Positions 52,801 through 61,800 of a DNA stretch of 64,000 bases are shown here, one piece after another. The translations under genes and the position numbers were made by a program. Position 1 is the stretch's first letter. Each line of letters opens with the position of its first letter. Origin of the DNA: Naegleria gruberi. Lineage: Eukaryota. The stretch lies in assembly GCA_000004985.1 (NCBI GenBank), contig GG738864.1; one strand, given 5' to 3'. The notes under the pieces are model-generated. The model was not told the DNA's origin. It searched no databases and saw only the letters and a program-made list of their open reading frames with translations.

Positions 52801-55800
52801 AAGATAGGTTCGTATCACTGGCAACATATTCCGGTGTCAGTGTTATTTCCAAGAATACTCTGATAGATATTGACTTTCAGGTTCAATACTTTGAAACACT
52901 ACTGAAACAGTGTCACGACTTTTGCAACCATTACTGTCAACATGATAATGTAAATAATGAATTCAGGTTGCTATTGGAAAAGATTGAAGCTGAAATCCAA
53001 AATAATGCCGTATTTAGTAGTATCAATTCAAGCTTCAATAATTTTGCCTTCCTTAAAGAGCTTCCAACCCTTCAACATTTATGTAAATCCGAGCTCTTTT
53101 TACAATTCTGGAACGAAACCATAGATCAAATGGTTGAAAGTCTGGTTACTGAAACTGAATCCACCTCAAAGATAATATTCACAATTAATGATTTGAAATC
53201 CCGAGTCTATCCACAAGTAGTTCAAAAATGGCTCCAGTTGTACAATAATCTGAACATGAAAACTATTTCATTTTTAGAACTTCAAACATTATTCAGTGAT
53301 AATACTGAGGAGGAGACGTTCCAAGATATGCTCTTCCTCAAAAGAACTTGTCAATCAACTGATAACATGCTTGATGGAGATGCCACTCAATTCCACCTTA
53401 TCAATGAAAACAATCAAAGTTATATTCAATGGTCAAGAGAACACGCCCAACTCATCTCGAGTTTTTTAACTATAGTCAAACAAAAAGAGTACATACCAAT
53501 GATAGTTTCTATTTTGAGCAAGTTTAACAGTAATTTTTCAACTTCTGTTTTCACAGATTCGTACTATGTTAAGATTGAAAAAATTCACAAGTACATTCTT
53601 GAGAAATGGGAATCTGGAAACCTCTTTGATATTGTTGACATGGTCAATGAAGCCAAATCGGCATTGCAACATTTGGGAAAGAACGAATTACTATTGATTG
53701 AATTTTTGAATGAATCTGATGATTTATTGAATTGGTTATGGCAACACAATGATTCCAGTCAATTCAATGAATTGATCAGAGTTTGCAGAGAAGTTACTGA
53801 TGATGCTATCATATTGCAGTCATTTGCTTCTCTTACAAGTGCCAGAGAATATTTGTACGAGTTGGTTTATCCATCAAGAAAGTTTACCAGTTGTGAATCC
53901 TTTTTGAGGGCAATCAACACAGCCAACTTGAACAAGGATGATACAGAAATTCAAAGGAGATTGACAGACTGTAAAGTTATTAGATCAAACTTGGAGAATG
54001 TCAAACAAGTATTTAAAGAAAAGACGAGAAGCCCCTCTGTGACTGCTGTTTTAAAGCTTTTAGAAATTATAAGTGGTGCGACCATATCTGTAACAACAAT
54101 TAATTCTATCTCAGAGGATAATTATATTATATGTAATGTAAAAGGCAAGATCACACACTTGAGTGATTTGATTGATATTAGAACAACAGTGTTAAATACC
54201 ACCATTCCAAACGAACTGAAGGAGAAACATATTAACTTGGATGCTGCTATCGATACATTCTGTAAATTAGTTAACATTCTCTCATCAATGAAGAGAACTT
54301 TAATAGAATTAGGCATCAATGGTAGTATGATAGTTGATAATTACGAGTTTACCATCACTCTGAATGTTGATAATTTAGAATATTTATTATTCCAATTTAT
54401 GGAGGAAGAAAAGAGACTGTCAGAAATGAATTCCAACTGGAAGTTAACGATCAAGAATATTAGATTGGAATATAATTTACTGAATTACTTCAATATGCGA
54501 GAGTTGAGAAAACTCATAAAATGGCTCGATATGATAAAGGAAGGAAATTCTATAGTTGGAGAAAGAGTATATTCCATGCTCAAGATTATTGATAATAATC
54601 TCACTCTTCAACAGTACAAATCATTTGAGAAGGAATGGATCGATTACGATATTATGGTGGATGATGATATTCAATTGATATCACTTGGTTCATGTCTGAA
54701 TTCACATTTCAATCTGATTGAGGATAGTCACGAACAAATCGATTTCCTGCCAAGTTCCGATTTGGGCATGTCTACAATGAATGTAGAGAAAAATAACAGC
54801 AAGCAAAACCTTATCGTCATTGCATGCCAAAATGATCAAGAGGTTGAATCTATTGTTTATTCTTTGTATGCTGTTAAATCCATTCTACCACAAGTTGAAG
54901 AAGTACTCATGTGCAGACCAAATACAGACTTTGAAGATATTGAATTGGTTGTAAGAAGATGGTCAAAATCGGAACACAAAAAGCAAATATTTACATTGGC
55001 TAACATTCAACATTTGGACTATACTTTACAATGTAAAGTAGTGGACATGCTTAAAAATTATTTACAAACAAGTACAACATTAGCAACCTTAGCTATTGTT
55101 TCAAGTACTCAACAACAGAGAATTATCAATGCCTTCTCTAACTTTAGATTTGATGGGTCTCCACTTTCTTCTGAGGACTTGAAAGACTCTCTTCTTCAAA
55201 TTGCCAAACCTGGAAAGTTTTCTTCAGGTGTTAATGTTTACACTAGCCCTATGGCAGGTTGTGGTAAAAGTCACACAATATTTGAACGTTCTCACATTGA
55301 GAAAAAGAAGCTAGTCTACATTTCTCTAAGAGAGTCAGTTAACATTACAGAATTAATTAATCAATTGAATGAGAAAACTAGGAATAGCCAACCTGTAACT
55401 TTGCACTTTAACATTGCTCCAAATGTGGATACCATTGTTAATTCAATACTTTTCGAATTGATTGTAATAGGTTCACTCAGAGATCACCAATGCAACGTTT
55501 ACCACAGAAGGCCAATAGATTCTATTGCAATAGAAATACCAAACCAAGTTGGAAATAGAACTCTTGTACGTTCTGTTCCATTCTGTAAATATCTACCAAG
55601 AGTAGAATGTATTGTTTCGGCTCATACACTCTCCATCGAAAGGAAATACGAAATTGGTACTAATGGTAGTGTGATGGTCTCAAACAATAGAAAGCTAAAA
55701 TATGTTTGCTCATTATTATTGGCTCATCAAAATGGCGTCTTTGTCAATAATAACGGAACCGATTTCGTTAACTTTACACCTAACATGGACAATATGAACA

Positions 55801-58800
55801 AGGAGGAATGTTTAACCATTCTCACAAGATATTGCAATGCTGGAGGTCAGATATCGTATGCTCTTATTAATAATTTCGTAGAGTTTACTTTTGAATTCTT
55901 TGAAAATATGATGGATTATGAGGTTTTAAGATTTTTACCATCTCTAGATCCTGGATTTGCAACTTTACCTCAATCTATTGTAGGAATGATTTTGGAAATG
56001 TCAAAAGACTTTGCTATTAGACAATTGGTGTTCAATTTTAATACTGACAATCCTTCTTTGGAGGAATATTCTAACAGATTCTCAAGTATTAGAAAGTGGG
56101 AAGAATCAAGTCACCCAGTCATTATTTTCACCAAAGAAACTTTCCAATGTAATGGTTTCAACGTCATTTCCTTGGATCAATCTTCAGTTAATAGATTCTT
56201 CCCAGAACATTTGAGAGCTCTCCTCCATGAACAAGGAATTAATATCAACTTTGACTTTAAGAAAACAGTAGAGGAAAAGGGTCAAAGAGCAGCAGAACTA
56301 GAAGGACTCAAATTCTTGCAAATGATATCTGGAAGTTTTTCTCTTGATGAAGAGATGGGTGAAATCATGAAAATAATGCTAATTTCAAAGCTAGATGAAA
56401 CAGATTATGTTCTCACACAAGACAACTTGATGAAAATGATTGCCATTATTTACAGATTCAAATCCAATCTCCCTGTCATTTTACATGGTGAATCAGGTGG
56501 TGGAAAGACTTATTTGATTAGTCATTTATGCAAATTTTTAGATTATCAATTATATAGAATGACACTTCATGGTGGTAATACTGAACAGGATATTTTCAAT
56601 TTTTTGAATAATATTGTTATTGAAGCCAATAGTCATGCTATGGCAACATATGTTGCGTTCATTGATGAGTGCAACACATGTTCAGCAATGGCAATTGTTA
56701 AGGAAGTTGTATGTGATGGACTTTTGAATGGTGTGAAAATACCTGAGAATGTGAAAATTGTTGCAGCTTTGAACCCATACAGATTGAAGAACGAGAAGGC
56801 AAAGCAATTGGAGCAATCTATTCAATCTCAAACAGGAATCATCTACAAGCATCCTTCATTTGCCAACATTCCTGATCCATTGGAAAATCTTGTTTATAGA
56901 GTTCATCCACTTCCAGATAGTTTTGTTGATCACTTGTATGATTTTGGTTCTCTTTCTGATGGTGTTGAAAGATTATATATTGGAAGTATGCTAAGACAAT
57001 CTCTAAAGAAGTATTTGAAGGCAGACGAGAATGGAAAAATAACAAATGAAACTGTTCGCCAAGCTGTCAACTTCTTTGAAAGTCTTATTCATGCCTCTCA
57101 AGTTTTTATTAGACAAACAATGCACGAAGAAAGTTCTGTCAGTTTGAGAGATGTGAGAAGATGTATACAAGTATTTTATTGGTTAGTAGAAGAGTATCAC
57201 AATCCTACTTCTGTCTTTAGAGATGTACTCAACTTGGATCACCATCACGGTAATGAAATATTCAATACTCACAACAAACACTTTAAAAACTATGTCATGT
57301 TGTCTCTTAGTTTTGCCTTTTACAGTAGATTGAACAGACAAGAGAGAAGTGGCTATTTGAGATACCTCTCAAAAGAATGTCCAACCATTGTTCCATCAGA
57401 ATTTGAAAAATTACTCACCAAATATCAAACAAAACTTACAGAACAGATGAATATCAGTGAAGGTATTGCCCTCAACGAAGCCCTCACAGAAAACATCTTT
57501 GTCTTGTTCCTTGCTCTTGTTAATCACATTCCTCTTTTAATTCAAGGATATCCAGGAACATGTAAGAGTTTGGCAGTTGATTTAATCAGTAAATCTATGA
57601 GAGGTAAAGCATCTAACAACAAACAGTTGCAACACTTGCCAGATATTAACATATTTGCATTCCAATGCTCACCTTTATCAGAAGCTAAAAGTATAGCCCA
57701 AACATTTAGAGCAGCAAGACAATACGCAAAAGAAAGTTCTGGATCTTCTTCATTATCAGTAGTTCTTTTAGATGAAATAGGTTTGGCAGCTGACAGTCCA
57801 AAGTTACCTCTCAAGATTCTTCACCAAGAATTAGAAAATACTGCAGAAATCAGTGTAGTATCCATCAGTAACTATTCTCTAGATAGCTCCAAGATGAACA
57901 GAATGTGTGTACTTTACAGATCTACTCCCTCTGCAAAGGATCTCAAGGATACTGCTAAAGGTATCATGAGATTCCACAAAAGCTTTAAATTACAAAGTTA
58001 TTTGGAACCTATTGCTACCAGCTATTTGGAACTTTACAAGAATCAAAGAATTAAGCAATTCTTTGGTTTACGTGACTTTTATAATTTGGTTAAATTCCTT
58101 TATAGAATTATCAATAACAAGATGACATACCACGGAAGACCTATTGAATTTGAAAAATCATTGGTCTTATCAGTTCTGAGAAATTTCGGAGGTATTCCAA
58201 GTGAAGACATGGATAATGTTCTTAAGATTTTTGAAAGAAACACAGGTATCAAATTTACAGAATATGAAAAGCCAAATAGTTGTAACCTTTTGAGGTTGAA
58301 TTTGAAGGACAGTGCTGATGCAAGACATTTACTTGTGCTAACGAACAACAATTCAGCATTGAATCTGTTATTTGACTATGAAATACTTTCTCTTTCTAGT
58401 ACTATTGTATTATTTGGAAGTGATTTTCCAGATGAAAAGAATGATAACTTTAGTCTTTCACTTCAATTACAAAAAATCAAACTGGCTATGTCAGAAGGAA
58501 ACACAGTTGTCTTGGTTCATTGTGATTCACTCTATGAAAGTTTGTATGATTTGCTAAACCAGCACTATGTAGTTGTTGAAAATAAGAAATTCTCTAGACT
58601 TGCCTTTGGTAACTCATCTGTTACTTGTCCTGTACATGATAACTTTAGAATTATTATCATTGCTGAAGCTAGTGATGCTTACACCAAGTTGGCCATTCCA
58701 TTCTTGAATAGAATGGAAAAGCATGTGATTCTAAGAGATGACATGATGAACGAAGACAATACCAATTTACATTCCCAATTATCTGCTTTTGTGGAAAAAT

Positions 58801-61800
58801 TAATGGCTCAATTGAACGAAAAGGAGATTTCAAAGGTATTTATTGGATCTCACAAGGAAACTCTTAAAAGTTTGGTTCAATCCATCGAGCCAAAGGATAG
58901 TATGGTGGATGAAGAAATAACTGAACAGATGGATATTGCATTTGACAAACTTTTATGGAACATGACACCAGAAGCTGTCATTAAATCAAAGAATGAGAGA
59001 ATAATGAAGCACTACTTTGAGGGACAAGAACATTCATCATTGCCAAGTTTCTTGAATAATGTTTTTACTGATATTCAAAAATGGCAAGACAAATTTGGTG
59101 GTATTCAAGCTATTGTTACAACCTTCTCCTCATTGCTTAGTGAAGTTGAACTTCTTATTAGAGATCATGTTACTGTTGTGAAAGAAAAGCAGGTTCACTT
59201 ACAATTCCTAGAATTGCACGATATGAAGACTAGTAGTGATTTGAATACTGAATTGGATCACTTTTTCGCCTCTAACCACAAAGAGTCAATGCTTGTTCTT
59301 CTCTGTGATCCTGTAGCTGCTTCTACAAGAAGAATTCACTATGCTCAATATACATGTGAAAGTAAGAGAAATACATTCAATGCTGCTGGAACTGGTAACA
59401 TTAGACACGTCATTTTCTTGGTAAATTTATCCAGAATTCCAACAGAAAGTTCCAAGTATTCATTCGATTTTGATAGACGTTGGAATTATGTATTCATTGA
59501 TGACGTTTCTAACAGTGAACAACAACAAGGTTTCCCTGAATTGTTCGAACTTGTCAATACTCCTTTCTCAAATCTGATTAACAATACTCTTTCTGTTGAA
59601 CAAATTATTTTGGAAAATTTACACAACTCCCTTTCCAGAATAGTTTATCCATTCCCGAGATCATCTTCTCAAATTCAATCACAACTTTCCATGCTAAGGA
59701 AGTGGCTCTCTCAATCCAGTAGATATTCAGCCAGATTCACCAAACTTATCAGAGAAAAGGTTATTGATATTGTCAAACACTCAATCAAGAATGACGAACA
59801 GTGGTACCTTCAAGTGATCAATAATGACAAGAATATTTTACAAATATGTGGTACTCTTCGTTCTGCAATTCATTACTTTATTTCAAGAATTGTTTTTATG
59901 GCCTTCTCATCAATCTTGAGTGTCATGGATAGATATAATAATTTACAATTATTGGATCAAGAAAATGATTCAGAAACCCCACAATTATGGTTAGATGTTT
60001 TTGAATATGATGTTCACAGTAAGCTCTTTGAAAGTGCTGCCTTTTCAATGAACCAATCAGGCTATGTTAATATTTTGCAAGGAACTTCAAAGCACTTTGA
60101 TGCCAAATTCCCTTTCAGTTTCATTTTTGCTACAGTGGCAAACTCTTTCAGAGTGAATCACTTGGTAGATCAATTCTCCAGAGAAGATCTTGAAAAACAC
60201 TTTGAATTCACCTTGCCAAGATTCGTCAAGTATCATGCTGATATTGGAGATGAATGTATTGTGGATGACGATATTGACATGAACGACGAAGGATCAGATA
60301 AGATTCTCCTTCCTAATGACTTAGTCTCTGGCTATATCAACGATTATCACTACTTGTTTGGATCAAAGAATTGCAATATGCTTCCAAGTGAGAATGATCA
60401 ACTTGTTCTCATCCATGAACTGATTTCAAAGGACAGATTACCTGACCAGTACTATTCCTTGTTAGATTCTCAAATTTCATATTGGAACAATGAAAAGAGA
60501 GTGAAAATTTACTTCCAAGTATTTGACTCTCTGAAAGATAAGAATGTACTCGAAAAATTCTTAAACTCCATCCCATCATGTAGAACCATTGCAGAAATGG
60601 ACATGCTTCTTTGTGAATTAGTAATTGTTCACTTCAATCCAGAATATCACATTACCTTAGAAAGTGATCCTGTAGAAAACAATACTTGGGTAAGAAATGT
60701 TAGAAACATGACGGCAAGTATGACACGTCTCTTAGATTTGCTCAAGGATCCACTCATGTCGGCTGAAGTCAATGTCGACGTTGCAGAGAAATGCTCAAGC
60801 TTATCTCATCAATGGAAATGCATCAAATTCTTTGCTCACTTCCTCAAAGATCTTGTCATTAGTACTGAAAATTTGATTGACTCTGATATTACAAAGAAGT
60901 ACTGGGAAAAACTAAATGGTTCAGGAACAAGCCACTTTTACCAACCAAATGCTCTTGTGGAGTTCCTTCAAACATTGACAGACATTAACAAGAAGTGTAC
61001 TAGAGAGGAATCGTCTGAAGATTTTGAATGTTTCATTTGTCTTTCTGTTCCTGATCCTGATAGCATTAGAACAACAGTTTGCTGCAAGAGATATATCTGT
61101 TATGATTGTGCTGATGAATTTTGTCAATATCAAAAGAAATCAAAGCAATGCGGATGGTGTCAAAAAGAACTCGACAATGATGAAACTGTGGATACCTATA
61201 CTATTCCTTGTTCTAATATTTTGAAGGAAGTTGAAGATATTTCACAAAAGGAAACTCTCTTTATTGAAAAATCCACCAAGCTCATTGAAACCTTCATTAC
61301 CATGTTTTGTGTTGAAAGAGGAATTTCAGATATGCTCATTAGAGACATTATTAGTTATATTTGTGAAAACAAAAAGTTCCTTTCCGAACACAAACTCCTC
61401 AAGTTTATTCTCTCAGATTCAATGAAGAGTTCCATTATTCGAGCACTCTTCTCTTTAAAGAGAAAGGACCCTAATCAATTCGATCATGTAGCTGCTTACT
61501 TTGAAGAGAACTTGAAGGTCCTCCATACTCAATCTAAAAATGTCGACTTCCCAATTGCTGTTTCGATAAATCAAATCTTGGAGGATGAAGCAGAGTTTTA
61601 CTCACAAGACGAAGAAGGAAAGATTAATTTGGAATATATTTTACAAACCTTGTCAAGAAATGGTTTCAGCTTGGCTTTGGGTAATGATTTCGTTGGTTTC
61701 CTCAACAATACCAGTATTGCAAAAGTGGCTGTCAAGTACTTTGTGAAATTACTCCTCAACAACAAGTTATTCGATCAAAAATCTGCTAAAAAGCTTGTTG